This document shows positions 17,016 through 25,550 of a DNA stretch of 25,550 nucleotides, piece after piece. A program made the position numbers and the translations under genes. The notes under the pieces are model-generated. The model saw nothing but the letters and a program-made list of their open reading frames with translations. It searched no databases and had not been told where the DNA came from. Position 1 is the stretch's first letter. Each line of letters begins with the position of its first letter. Origin of the DNA: Candidatus Eiseniibacteriota bacterium (GTDB lineage Bacteria > Eisenbacteria > RBG-16-71-46 > DASYSL01); the NCBI GenBank assembly GCA_031431875.1, contig JANPEF010000050.1:1-25550 (forward strand), read 5' to 3'.

Positions 17016-18466
17016 GGCCAGAATCCCCCGCCCGCGTAGCGCTCGAGCGCGCGGGCGATCACGTCCGCGAGCCTGGGCAGTCCGTCGGGTGCGGCCAGCT
17101 TCGCACGTTCGGCCGGATCCGAGAGCATGCCGCATTCGAGCATCACCGCGGGCATGCTCGCACCCTCGAGCGGCAGCACGCGGGCCTGGCGCAGGCGCGC
17201 GGGCGCGCGCCCGTCCGCGTCGAGCGCGGCGAGCAGAAGCTCGGCCACGCCGCGGCTGTCCGAGGCGTAGCGGCCGGCCGCATCGCGCCAGGGTACGAGC
17301 GCGATCGGCCGCGTGCCGGGCCGGCGCGGATCGCTGTCGGCGGCGAACGCGGTCTCGACATCGAAGCCCAGCGGCGGCGCCACGGTCGCACTGACGCCGC
17401 GGGCCAGGCTGCCGGGCACACCGTCGAAGTGGAGCGACAGGTAGAGATCACCGCGCGCGCGGTTCGCCGCTTCCACGCGCTCGGCCGCGCCCGTCGCGAC
17501 GTCGCTGCCGCGGGTCAGCCGCACCTCGACTCCGGGCAGCCGCTGCTGCACACGCTCGCGCACGAGGCGCGCCAGTTGCAGCGCCAGGTCCTTCTCGCGC
17601 ACTCCGCCGGCGACGTAGCCCGAGTCGGCGCCGCCGTGGCCCGGATCGAGCACGAGCACGCGCAACGGACGATTCGGCGGCGCGCCGTACTCGGGTGCGA
17701 ATGCGACCCAGCCCGCGGGCACCTCGGCCGCGAACTCGAGCTCGAGCAGCGCCTGGCCCCTGGGCACCTGCACGCGGTACCCACGTGCCTCGGAAGCAAG
17801 CGCGAGGTCGAACACGACGCCGCCGGGCTCGCGCCGGAAGCGCACCTTGGAGAGCAAGCCCTTCGCCGGCAGGGAATCGCCCGGCACCGCGGCGAGCACC
17901 GCGCCGGCGACCTCGATCAGGAAGCGGCTCTTGCGCGCGGAGAGAATCGACGGCTCGAGCGGCGCCGCCAGCGGCAGCGACAGCCGCGTGCGCGGGCCCT
18001 CGGCGGTGAGCCCGGGCGGGCCGAGGTTCGGCTCCTGGTCGAACAGCACCAGGCGTCCCGCCCTGGCGTCGTACGCGGCGCGCGGAATGAAGCGCCCGGA
18101 CAGCGCGAGCGGGAACACCTCGACGGGAACGCGCACTTCGCCGTCGACCAGGCGCACCGGGCTCGGCAGGCGGATCGCCACCTCGTCGACGATCACGTAC
18201 GGCGCGTCGACGGTGAGGCGCAGCGAGTGGCGCACGGTGCGCACCTCGAGCTTGCGCAGGTCGGGCCGCCAGTACTTGGTGCCGCCGACCAGACGCGCCA
18301 GCGCATTCGCGCCGATCGCGGGCCGGCCGTCGAGCATGGTCGTGGCGACGGTCTCGGTCGTGCCGCGGCCGACGCGCTCGACTTTAATTGCCGCGCCGAC
18401 AGGCGCGGCAAGAGCTGTGGCCGTGAATACGAGCACGGCGAACACCCCGCCGCAGGCGCTCCTCAA
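17012..18466 (-). CDS. N-acetylmuramoyl-L-alanine amidase (Amidase_3) with N-terminal accessory domains
   Basis: VLDPGHGG, EKDLAL, LTRGSD, LSLHFD, PAVMLECG. Start placed at TTG 18466 (TTGA overlap with smpB); GTG 18445 is an alternative. Confidence 0.88.
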   Translation of the reverse strand: MRSACGGVFAVLVFTATALAAPVGAAIKVERVGRGTTETVATTMLDGRPAIGANALARLVGGTKYWRPDLRKLEVRTVRHSLRLTVDAPYVIVDEVAIRLPSPVRLVDGEVRVPVEVFPLALSGRFIPRAAYDARAGRLVLFDQEPNLGPPGLTAEGPRTRLSLPLAAPLEPSILSARKSRFLIEVAGAVLAAVPGDSLPAKGLLSKVRFRREPGGVVFDLALASEARGYRVQVPRGQALLELEFAAEVPAGWVAFAPEYGAPPNRPLRVLVLDPGHGGADSGYVAGGVREKDLALQLARLVRERVQQRLPGVEVRLTRGSDVATGAAERVEAANRARGDLYLSLHFDGVPGSLARGVSATVAPPLGFDVETAFAADSDPRRPGTRPIALVPWRDAAGRYASDSRGVAELLLAALDADGRAPARLRQARVLPLEGASMPAVMLECGMLSDPAERAKLAAPDGLPRLADVIARALERYAGGGFWP

Positions 18467-18951
18467 ATGTCCCGCCCGCGCGAGCGGATGGCGCGCGCCA
18501 CTTCGCGCTTCGAGTCGCGCTCGGCGATGGCCTGCCGCTTGTCGTGCCCCTTCTTGCCCTTGCACAGGCCGATCGCGACCTTGGCCTTGCCGCGCGTGAA
18601 GTAGAGCCGCAGTGGGATGAGCGTGTAGCCCTGCTGCCGCGTGAGTCCCCACAGCCGGTCGATCTCGCGGCGATGGAGGAGCAGCTTGCGCGTGCGCATG
18701 GGCTCGTGGTTCGCCCGGTTGCCCATGGCGTACGGCGCGATGTGGACGTGATGGAGGAAGATCTGGCCGCCCTCGATCATGGCGTAGCCGTCGGCAAGCT
18801 GTGCGTTCTTCGCCCGCAGCGACTTGACCTCGGTGCCCGAGAGGACGAGTCCCGCCTCGAACGTCTGCTCGATGAAATACTCGTGGTAGGCCTTGCGGTT
18901 GGAGGCGACGAGGAACTCGCCCGCGGCCTTGTCGTCCTTGCCTTCAGCCAT
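18463..18951 (-). CDS. smpB: SsrA-binding protein SmpB
   Basis: NRKAYHEY, EAGLVLSGTEVKSLR, RTRKLLLHRREI, GKKGHDKR. Confidence 0.98.
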   Translation of the reverse strand: MAEGKDDKAAGEFLVASNRKAYHEYFIEQTFEAGLVLSGTEVKSLRAKNAQLADGYAMIEGGQIFLHHVHIAPYAMGNRANHEPMRTRKLLLHRREIDRLWGLTRQQGYTLIPLRLYFTRGKAKVAIGLCKGKKGHDKRQAIAERDSKREVARAIRSRGRDI

Positions 18952-18994
18952 CGCCCCCGCCCGCCCTCGCGTCCCTCGCCGGTCGCGCCCCCCG

Positions 18995-19028
18995 AAAAAA
19001 GCAAAGGCAGCCCGGCGGGCTGCCTTTT
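18995..19028 (-). terminator. Intrinsic terminator after tRNA-Leu
   Basis: AAAGGCAGCCC-GCC-GGGCTGCCTTT followed by GCTTTTTT. Confidence 0.75.
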
Positions 19029-19034
19029 GAAAAC

Positions 19035-19121
19035 TGGTGCGGAAGGGGGGAGTTGAACCCCCACGAGATTGCTCCCACAGGCACCTGAAGCCTGCGCGTC
19101 TGCCAATTCCGCCACTCCCGC
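19035..19121 (-). tRNA. tRNA-Leu(CAG), CCA encoded
   Basis: GCGGGAG/CTTCCGC acceptor stem, CAGGC-TTCAGGT-GCCTG anticodon arm, long variable arm, ACCA end. Confidence 0.96.
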
Positions 19122-19133
19122 ATCGAGATCGGG

Positions 19134-19162
19134 ACGATACCGGAGGGCGGCGGAGGCGTCAA
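19134..19162 (-). promoter_or_regulatory. Putative sigma70 promoter of tRNA-Leu
   Basis: TTGACG, 17 nt spacer, TATCGT, 12 nt before the tRNA. Confidence 0.6.
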
Positions 19163-19209
19163 GGCGGAGGGGCGGAGGACATCCGGCCCGTGGAATCAGT
19201 CTCGAATCG

Positions 19210-19452
19210 TCACCAGATCTTCCGACCGCGCGGCAGTTCGTCGATCGCGGAGTGCCGATTCCGGTTCGTCACCCGCCGGAGCAGCGACTCCAGGTTGGGA
19301 TTCACTTGATCGACCGGTTGAATCCGGATCCCCCCGTGCTGCAGATCCAGGTCGAGCCGGTCACCCGCGCGGAGTCCGAGGCTGCTCACCACGGAGCGGG
19401 GCAGCACCAGCCCGAGTTCCCCACGCCACTTCAGGATTCGAGTTCGAGTCAT
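19210..19452 (-). CDS. AbrB/MazE-like antitoxin with no adjacent MazF
   Basis: 80 aa; KWRGELGLVLPRSVVSSLGLRAGD swapped-hairpin pattern and a MazE-like tail LESLLRRVT…H…PRGRKIW; GGAGG RBS and ATGA overlap with the PIN gene. Confidence 0.78.
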   Translation of the reverse strand: MTRTRILKWRGELGLVLPRSVVSSLGLRAGDRLDLDLQHGGIRIQPVDQVNPNLESLLRRVTNRNRHSAIDELPRGRKIW

Positions 19453-19922
19453 GACTTCCTCCCTCGCGACCCGGAGGGTCCCCGCCGGGCCGGAGGATTT
19501 CCTGTCCTCGTGCTTCGAGACAGAGCTAGCGCCAACAGTCCTCCGCTCCGATCGATCAACACCAGGAACGGCCCGCGATGTTCCTCCGAGTACGTCAGGA
19601 TCGTGGGCACCGCGCGGGAGAGGATCTCGCCCATGCGCGTCCCGGTGACATTTCCCCCCGTGAAGACGAAGACTCGCGCGTTGCAGTCGATGATCGCCTT
19701 TCTCTCGGCGGGGTTGTAACGAATCCTCTTGTCCCTGGTGAGGACGATCCAGTTCTCCGCACCGGCGCGCGCAAGCCAGAGATCATCGGGTTCGTCCTGC
19801 CGAAATACGTCGTCATGCAGGAGGACCTTCCGATGGACAGCGCGAATCGCCGCCCCGACGACGTGCTTGCCCAACGATCGATCAATAAACAGAGTCGGAA
19901 GGTCAGGCGGCCCGGAGCTCAC
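19449..19922 (-). CDS. VapC45-like PIN-domain toxin
   Basis: LFIDRSLG, DEPDDLWL, WIVLTRDKRIRYNPAE; overlaps the upstream DUF433 gene. Start set at GTG 19922. Confidence 0.85.
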   Translation of the reverse strand: MSSGPPDLPTLFIDRSLGKHVVGAAIRAVHRKVLLHDDVFRQDEPDDLWLARAGAENWIVLTRDKRIRYNPAERKAIIDCNARVFVFTGGNVTGTRMGEILSRAVPTILTYSEEHRGPFLVLIDRSGGLLALALSRSTRTGNPPARRGPSGSRGRKS

Positions 19923-20619
19923 ACCGAATCGCCTCTTGAATCGCCTCGGGGGCAAGCTCGAAGTCGGCAGAAAGTTCGGCGATGGACTCACCGGCATCGA
20001 AGCGGCTCGCAATCGCAGCCGTCGGCACACCAGATCCCGCGAGCGTTGGGCGACCGAATCCCACTCTTGGGTCGATCACCACGAGGCGCGGAGCGGTCGG
20101 ACCCACCGCCCGTACGAAGGGATAAAGGCGCAAGGCGAATCCGCGCTCATTCCACTCGACACGCTTCAAGTGCGTATCGAGAACCTCCCTCATCTCCAGT
20201 TGCCCACGCTCCGACAGGTTCACGAGATTGCCGTAGTGCACGACGAACAGCTTCAGGTTCGACGCCGCAAACGCGTTCAGGGCCAGTGGATGAGGTCGGG
20301 GATCGATCGAGTGCAGCACCTCGATTGCAGACCGCAGCTGTTGCAGTGAGATCCGGTGCTGGCGGCGGAGCGCGTTGAGAACATGCGCTTCGACCAGATT
20401 CACGAACGACAGGTATCGACTTGCCGGGTCGGCAATCTCGATCACAGGCTGCGAGTGTCGGCTGGGCGATCCGGCTCCGCGCGGGTGACCAACACACCAG
20501 TCGCGAAGCGTGGCATCGGGCATCTGCAGGTACCGACTGGCCTCGGCAATCGTGTAGGCAGGACGGCTCGACGGATCGTCGATGGCGACCCGATGGTCAT
20601 CGAAGTCCTGAGTCTTCAT
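19903..20619 (-). CDS. VapB45-like antitoxin (HTH + DUF433)
   Basis: PAYTIAEASRYLQMPDATLRDW HTH, LSFVNLVEAHV, VIDPRVGFGRP…RFDAGESIAELSADF…IQEAIRCE; AGGAGG RBS. Confidence 0.88.
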   Translation of the reverse strand: MKTQDFDDHRVAIDDPSSRPAYTIAEASRYLQMPDATLRDWCVGHPRGAGSPSRHSQPVIEIADPASRYLSFVNLVEAHVLNALRRQHRISLQQLRSAIEVLHSIDPRPHPLALNAFAASNLKLFVVHYGNLVNLSERGQLEMREVLDTHLKRVEWNERGFALRLYPFVRAVGPTAPRLVVIDPRVGFGRPTLAGSGVPTAAIASRFDAGESIAELSADFELAPEAIQEAIRCELRAA

Positions 20620-20731
20620 TCAGTCCTCCTGCTCGGAACTGACTCGATCGGAACGCGCGTCGGGGGCAGGAGAATCTTGCCGCAGGAAGGCCACGTCTCG
20701 CCAGCACGAACTGGCCAGGCGCTGGCTTTCG

Positions 20732-21709
20732 CTACGCCTGCGCCGCCCGTCTTCGCTGGATCACGCGCTCGATCGCGGCGACGACGTGCGGCTCCTTGAG
20801 CCCGAATGCGGCCATCAGTTCGGCGGGCTTGCCCGACTGGCCGAAGCGGTCGTGGACCGCGACCATCTCGACCGGCACCGGGTGCGTGCGGACGACGACC
20901 TCGGCGACGGCGCCGCCCAGGCCGCCGTTCACCTGGTGCTCCTCGGCGGTGACGATGGCGCCGGTCTCCTTCGCGCAGCGCTCGATCAGCGCGGCGTCGA
21001 GCGGCTTGATCGTGTGCAGGTTGACGACGCGCACGGATACGCCGCGGCCGGCCATCGTCTCGCGCGCCCTCAGCGCCTCGTAGACCATCACCCCGCAGGC
21101 GATCACGGTGACGTCCGTGCCCTCGCCGAAGACCTCGCCCTTGCCGAAGGTGAACGGCGTGGTCTCGTCGGTGACGACGGGCACGTCCTCGCGCCCGAAG
21201 CGGATGTAGACCGGGCCCGGCACGGCGGCGGCGGCGACGGTGGCCTTCCGCGCCTCGTGATAGTCGCACGGGACGACCAGGTTCATGTTGGGGATCGCAC
21301 GGATGATCGCGAACTCCTCCATCGCCTGGTGCGTGGCGCCGTCGGGCCCGACCGAGATGCCGCCGTGCGCGCCGCCGATCTTCACGGGCAGGTTCGAGTA
21401 GGCGATCGAGACGCGGATCTGGTCGGCGGCGCGGCACGAGGCGAACGCGCCGTAGGTGGCGAAGTACGGGATCTTCCCCATCGCGGCCATGCCGGCGGCG
21501 ATGCACGCCATGTTCTGCTCGGCGATGCCGATCTCGAAGAAGCGCTCGGGGAATTCCTCGGCGAAGAACGACGTCATCGTCGACTCGACGAGATCGCCGA
21601 CCAGCACCACGACGCGCGGGTCGGCGTGGCCCAGCTCGACCAGCGCGCGGCCGAAGCCCTCGCGCGTCTTCTTCATGGCCGGCGGATCGGCGAGCAGGAT
21701 GTCGGGCAT
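20732..21709 (-). CDS. Transketolase, C-terminal (pyrimidine-binding) subunit
   Basis: TREGFG, PERFFEIGIAEQNM, GPDGATHQ, PVYIRFGR, TIKPLD, EEHQVNGGLG. Confidence 0.94.
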   Translation of the reverse strand: MPDILLADPPAMKKTREGFGRALVELGHADPRVVVLVGDLVESTMTSFFAEEFPERFFEIGIAEQNMACIAAGMAAMGKIPYFATYGAFASCRAADQIRVSIAYSNLPVKIGGAHGGISVGPDGATHQAMEEFAIIRAIPNMNLVVPCDYHEARKATVAAAAVPGPVYIRFGREDVPVVTDETTPFTFGKGEVFGEGTDVTVIACGVMVYEALRARETMAGRGVSVRVVNLHTIKPLDAALIERCAKETGAIVTAEEHQVNGGLGGAVAEVVVRTHPVPVEMVAVHDRFGQSGKPAELMAAFGLKEPHVVAAIERVIQRRRAAQA

Positions 21710-21740
21710 GGCGGGCTCCGGTGCGGCGGGGCGGGGCGGG

Positions 21741-22679
21741 TCAGCCGGCGAGAAGCCGGGCTTTCCACGCGTCGTAGGTGGTGCCGAGCTCGACCAGGGC
21801 CTTCTCGCCCTCGTCCTTCTTCGGCGGCTTGCCATGCCAGCGATAGTCGTCGGCCATGTACGAGACGCCCTGCCCCATCACGGTGTGGGCCAGCAGGACG
21901 CTCGGGCGGCCCTTGTGCGTGCGCGCCGCGGCGAAGCCGGCGATCACCTGCGCGGGATCGTGGCCGTCGACCTCGATCACGTTCCAGTTGAACGAGCGGT
22001 ACTTCTCGGCCAGCGGGGCGATGCCCATGATGTCCTCGACGTCGCCGTCGATCTGCTTCCGGTTGTAGTCGATCACGGCGCACAGGTTGTCGAGCTTGAA
22101 GTGCGCGGCCGACATCACCGCCTCCCACACCTGCCCCTCCTGCTGCTCTCCGTCACCCATCACGCAGTACACCCGACGCGGGTTGCGATCGAGCCGCGAG
22201 GCGAGTGCGACGCCGTTGCAGATCGACAGGCCCTGGCCCAGCGAGCCGGCCGAGACCTCGATGCCCGGCGTGTCGTGCCGCGACGGATGGCCCTGCAGGT
22301 GGCCGTCGAACTTGCGGAACTTCATCAGGTCGGCGAGCGCGAAGTAGCCGCGCTCGGCCATCAGCGAGTAGATGACGGGCGTGACGTGGCCGATCGAGAA
22401 GTGCCAGAAATCGCGCTCGACCCACGTGGGATCGATCGGGTCGAGCTTCATCTCGTGGAAGAACAGCACCGCGCCGAAGTCGGCGCACGACAGCGGCCCG
22501 CCCGAGTGGCCCGAGCCGGCGTCGATGAGCATGGTGATGATGTCGCGGCGGATGCGCAGCGACATGCCCTTCAACTCGTCGAGCGAGAACTGGAGCCGGC
22601 CGCGCGCATGGCACCGTCCCGTCGTGAGGCGGGCGGCGAGCGCGTCTTCGGCGACGATCTGGGAGGCGGTCTCGGACAT
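21741..22679 (-). CDS. Transketolase, N-terminal (TPP-binding) subunit
   Basis: SGHSGGPLS, LQGHP, GSLGQGLS, GDGEQQEGQVWEA…N TPP motif, WHGKPP. Confidence 0.94.
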   Translation of the reverse strand: MSETASQIVAEDALAARLTTGRCHARGRLQFSLDELKGMSLRIRRDIITMLIDAGSGHSGGPLSCADFGAVLFFHEMKLDPIDPTWVERDFWHFSIGHVTPVIYSLMAERGYFALADLMKFRKFDGHLQGHPSRHDTPGIEVSAGSLGQGLSICNGVALASRLDRNPRRVYCVMGDGEQQEGQVWEAVMSAAHFKLDNLCAVIDYNRKQIDGDVEDIMGIAPLAEKYRSFNWNVIEVDGHDPAQVIAGFAAARTHKGRPSVLLAHTVMGQGVSYMADDYRWHGKPPKKDEGEKALVELGTTYDAWKARLLAG

Positions 22680-22769
22680 GGGACTGGAAATCTAGCACGC
22701 GCCCGGGACCGGGGGAAGACGCGGGCCTCCGCCGCCCGCGCCCCCGTCCCTGCGGCTCTACGCGATCCG

Positions 22770-23426
22770 CTATCGATAGACCGCCTTCACGCGACCCCAG
22801 CTCGAGGGATCGGCCGGGGTCGTCCCGCAGGCGTTCGCGTTGCGGGGCGTCGGCATGCAGCCGTTGCCCTGCGGCGTGAGCGTGCCGGTGTACGGGTTGA
22901 GCCCGTCGAACAGCGCCCAACCGCCGGTCATGTCGGGATGCCGACCGAGCGAGCGATTGGTCGCGCCCTCGTGCGCCTTGTACGTGTAGCTCTCGACCAG
23001 GAGCGTCTCGCCCGCGGTGACGTGCCACAGCCGTACGGTGTCACCCGCGTTGGCCAGCGAGAAGCCGGCGATCGACTGTCCGTTGGCGCCCTGCCAGGCG
23101 ACCGCGTCGGAGCCGAAGATCGCGCGGTGCTCGGCCATGCCGATCGATCCCGAGCCGCGCCAGCGCCACGTCGAGTCGGCGTCGGTGATCACGTACTCGG
23201 ACAGGTCGGTGGGGAGCCCGAAGTTGATGAGCTCGACCCACTCGTCGTCGCGCGCGTGGTACAGCGCGTCGCCGTCCCAGTCCTGGCCGGGGGCGGCCAT
23301 GAACTCGTTGAGGCGAACGTCGCATGCTGCGGCTCCGGCGTGCATGAGGGCGAGGACAGAGGACAGCGCGAGGACCGCGCCGAACACGAGGATTCGGCGC
23401 GGCGAGGGGATGTTCGTGATGGACAT
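22770..23426 (-). CDS. Secreted lamin-tail-domain-like protein with a C-terminal SWGRVKAVYR tail
   Basis: Signal peptide; VRLNEFMA…DEWVELIN…DLSEYVITD…SLANAGDTVRL…SLGRHPD…PTP is the bacterial LTD pattern; GGGGAG RBS. Confidence 0.82.
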   Translation of the reverse strand: MSITNIPSPRRILVFGAVLALSSVLALMHAGAAACDVRLNEFMAAPGQDWDGDALYHARDDEWVELINFGLPTDLSEYVITDADSTWRWRGSGSIGMAEHRAIFGSDAVAWQGANGQSIAGFSLANAGDTVRLWHVTAGETLLVESYTYKAHEGATNRSLGRHPDMTGGWALFDGLNPYTGTLTPQGNGCMPTPRNANACGTTPADPSSWGRVKAVYR

Positions 23427-23498
23427 GGTGCATCTCCCCGGGGGCGGTCTTCGGGGGCGATGCGGGGGCTGCTTTCGGGGACTACGGGTTGCCGCGTC

Positions 23499-24680
23499 TC
23501 AGCGCGTGCGCGCCTTCATCTTCTCCTCGAGCCAGGCGCCCATGCGGGACAGCGCGGTGTCGAGGTTGGCGATCGAGTTCGCGTACGAGAGCCGCAGGTA
23601 TCCTTCGCCGTACTTGCCGAATGCCGTCCCCGAGAGCACCGCCACGCCGGCCTCGTCGAGCATCGCGCGCGCGAGGTCGGCCGAGGCCATGCCGGTGCCG
23701 GTGATGTTCGGATACGCGTAGAACGCGCCGCCGGGCATGGTGCAGGTGACGCCGGGGAGCGCGTTCAAGCCCGGGACGATGCGGTCGCGGCGGCGGTGGA
23801 ACTCGGCGATCATGTCCTCGGCCGGGCCCTGCGGGCCGTTCAGCGCGGCCACGCCCGCCTTCTGCACGAACGTATTGGTGCACGAGTTGCTGTTGGTCAT
23901 CAGGCGCGCCATGTGCACCGCCAGCGGCTTCGCCATCACGCCGTAGCCCAGGCGCCAGCCGGTCATGGCGTAGGTCTTCGAGAACCCGTCGAGCAGGATC
24001 GTCCGTTCCTGGAGGCCCGGGAAGGTGGCGATCGACTCGTGCGTGCCGTCGTACTGCATGCGGCTGTAGATCTCGTCCGACAGGATCATGAACGGGTGCT
24101 TCTCGGCCAGCGCGGCGATGGCGCGCAACGTCGCGTGGTCGAGCGTGCCGCCGGTCGGGTTGTGCGGCGAGTTGAGCACGATCAGCTTGGTGCGCGGCGT
24201 GATCAGCGAGGCGAGCTCGTCGACATCGAACGACCAGTTGCGCTCCTCGCGCAGGCGCAGCGGCACGGCCGTAGCACCAACGAAGTCGATCATCGACTCG
24301 TAGATCGGGAAGCCCGGGTTCGGATAGATCGCCTCGTCGCCCTCCTCGAGCAGCGTCAGCATCGTGTAGAACAGGATCGGCTTGCCGCCGGGCGTGACCA
24401 CGACCTGCTCGGGTTCGACGTAGATGCCGCGCGTCTTCTCGATGTACCTGGCGATCGCCTCGCGCAGGTCGCGCTGGCCGGCCGAGGGGCCGTAGTGCGT
24501 CCACCCGCTCTCGAGCGCATCGGCCGCGGCGCGGCGGATGTGCTCGGGCGTGTCGAAGTCGGGCTCGCCGATCTCGAGGTGGACGACCGACTTCCCCTGC
24601 GCCTCCAGCGCCTGCGCCCGAGCCAGCACTTCGAACGCGGTCTCGGTGCCAAGGCGGGACATCCGGGTGGAAACATCCAT
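23499..24680 (-). CDS. Class I/II PLP-dependent aminotransferase (aspartate aminotransferase-like)
   Basis: IGEPDFDTP, NSPHNPTG, SDEIY, GFSKTYAMTGWRLGY, GYLRLSYA; GGAGG RBS. Confidence 0.95.
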   Translation of the reverse strand: MDVSTRMSRLGTETAFEVLARAQALEAQGKSVVHLEIGEPDFDTPEHIRRAAADALESGWTHYGPSAGQRDLREAIARYIEKTRGIYVEPEQVVVTPGGKPILFYTMLTLLEEGDEAIYPNPGFPIYESMIDFVGATAVPLRLREERNWSFDVDELASLITPRTKLIVLNSPHNPTGGTLDHATLRAIAALAEKHPFMILSDEIYSRMQYDGTHESIATFPGLQERTILLDGFSKTYAMTGWRLGYGVMAKPLAVHMARLMTNSNSCTNTFVQKAGVAALNGPQGPAEDMIAEFHRRRDRIVPGLNALPGVTCTMPGGAFYAYPNITGTGMASADLARAMLDEAGVAVLSGTAFGKYGEGYLRLSYANSIANLDTALSRMGAWLEEKMKARTR

Positions 24681-24698
24681 GCGCGCCTCCGACGGGGC

Positions 24699-25550
24699 TC
24701 AATCGATGGGGGAGTCTTCGGGCAGGCCCGGAAATGGGCCGACGAACCAGTGTACCGCCAGCCGGACCTCGCTGGAACGGCCTTCGGCGGTGGCGAGCTG
24801 GGTCCAGGCCAGACGCGGTTCGACTCGCCCCGGGCGCGCCAGCTCGACCCGTGTACGGGCCGCAGCGCGGCCCGGGCGAACGAGCATGCCGCCCGGGCGA
24901 TCCGAGTCGAGGTACACCGGGGCGCTGCGCCCCCCGCCGAGGCGGGTTTCGAGTCGGCCGAGCACGCCGACGCCGAGCCGACCCTGCACCGCGATCCAGC
25001 CGCTGCGCCGCGCCAGCCCTGCCGGATCGAAGCGCGCCTCCGCACCGGCGGCGAGCGGCCCGGTCGTGGTCCGCACCGCGAGCAGCGTGCGCCACGGTCG
25101 CACGTCGTGGCGCAGGTCGAGACGCAGGCCGGGCACCGGCTCGACGCGTGCGACGAGCCACGCGCGCGGATCGGCGAACGGGCCGCGATCGGTCGCGTGC
25201 GCTTCGAGCGCCCACGCATGCGCTCCGCTGCGCTCGAACAGGACACCGGCGTGCGCGCGCGGCCGCCGTTCGGGCAGCGCGCGCGGCGGAATGAATCCGC
25301 GCGCCTCGGTCTCGAGGATGAACCCGGAGCGCATGCGGGCGCCCCCTGGCAGTGCGCGCACGGTGGTGCTCGCGGTCACGCGCGTTCGCGCCCGCCCCTT
25401 CGCATCGAACGCCGCCGCAACAAGCAGTGCATCGCCGCCGCGCGCCCACGTTGCGCCCAACTCGAACGCTCCCCCGCCGCGCCCGATCGTCGCAGCGCTT
25501 TCGGCCGCCGCGGCGTTCCCCTCGTACGGCGCGCGCCGCGGGTCGGTGCG
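24699..25550 (-). CDS. Hypothetical protein, 5' end outside the window; possible outer-membrane beta-barrel
   Basis: The frame of track ORF 24699..25460 stays open to 25550; amphipathic beta-strand-like segments with Trp; stops 18 nt before the aminotransferase start. Confidence 0.6.
   Translation of the reverse strand, partial: RTDPRRAPYEGNAAAAESAATIGRGGGAFELGATWARGGDALLVAAAFDAKGRARTRVTASTTVRALPGGARMRSGFILETEARGFIPPRALPERRPRAHAGVLFERSGAHAWALEAHATDRGPFADPRAWLVARVEPVPGLRLDLRHDVRPWRTLLAVRTTTGPLAAGAEARFDPAGLARRSGWIAVQGRLGVGVLGRLETRLGGGRSAPVYLDSDRPGGMLVRPGRAAARTRVELARPGRVEPRLAWTQLATAEGRSSEVRLAVHWFVGPFPGLPEDSPID

Noticed and set aside
13334..18652. Extended N-termini of the PPK2, rph, murI, GerMN and amidase track ORFs
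   Set aside because: The extensions overlap upstream genes out of frame; shorter starts have RBSs or stop/start coupling.
19141..19180. GGCGGAGG repeated around the tRNA-Leu -35 element
   Set aside because: Low-complexity GC sequence, with no matching repeat at the other end of the TA islet to define an att site or target duplication.
23435..23481. Quasi-periodic CGGGGG motifs upstream of the LTD gene
   Set aside because: Too short and irregular for a CRISPR array or a convincing operator array.
23482..25449. 655-aa minus-strand ORF
   Set aside because: Arg-rich alternative frame over the aminotransferase and the upstream gene.
1..25550. CRISPR arrays, integrases, transposases, known riboswitches, selenocysteine read-through
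   Set aside because: None recognised by eye; Rfam and HMM scans would be needed to exclude weak hits.

Overview
GC-rich bacterial chromosomal window, almost entirely minus-strand and mostly housekeeping. The gene content and the style of the secreted proteins suggest an FCB-adjacent lineage such as Ca. Eisenbacteria (inference only). Left to right: (1) two tandem secreted-protein genes with long, lower-GC leaders, one with a dockerin-like EF-hand pair and one Cys-containing, partial and absent from the ORF track; (2) a tightly coupled operon yggS-yggT-DUF167-purine nucleoside phosphorylase-DksA/TraR-lspA-RluA family-RsbW-like-ruvX-mltG-larE-DUF3098-like-tRNA-Val; (3) ssb followed by tmRNA; (4) a small accessory patch with two apparent gene remnants and a DUF3943-like gene; (5) a plus-strand tRNA-Pro/Arg/His cluster; (6) tRNA-Leu-smpB-amidase-GerMN-murI-rph-rdgB-PPK2; (7) a three-gene toxin-antitoxin islet (VapB45-like, VapC45-like, toxin-less MazE-like); (8) a split transketolase, a secreted lamin-tail-domain-like protein ending in SWGRVKAVYR, a class I/II aminotransferase and a partial hypothetical gene. 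No CRISPR array, integrase or transposase was seen. The best leads for undescribed biology are the C-terminal WGxxKxxYR tail (possible sorting signal), the dockerin-like/Cys-containing secreted pair with orphan Shine-Dalgarno elements in its leaders, and the three-gene TA islet. All family assignments come from motif recognition by eye, not from database searches.
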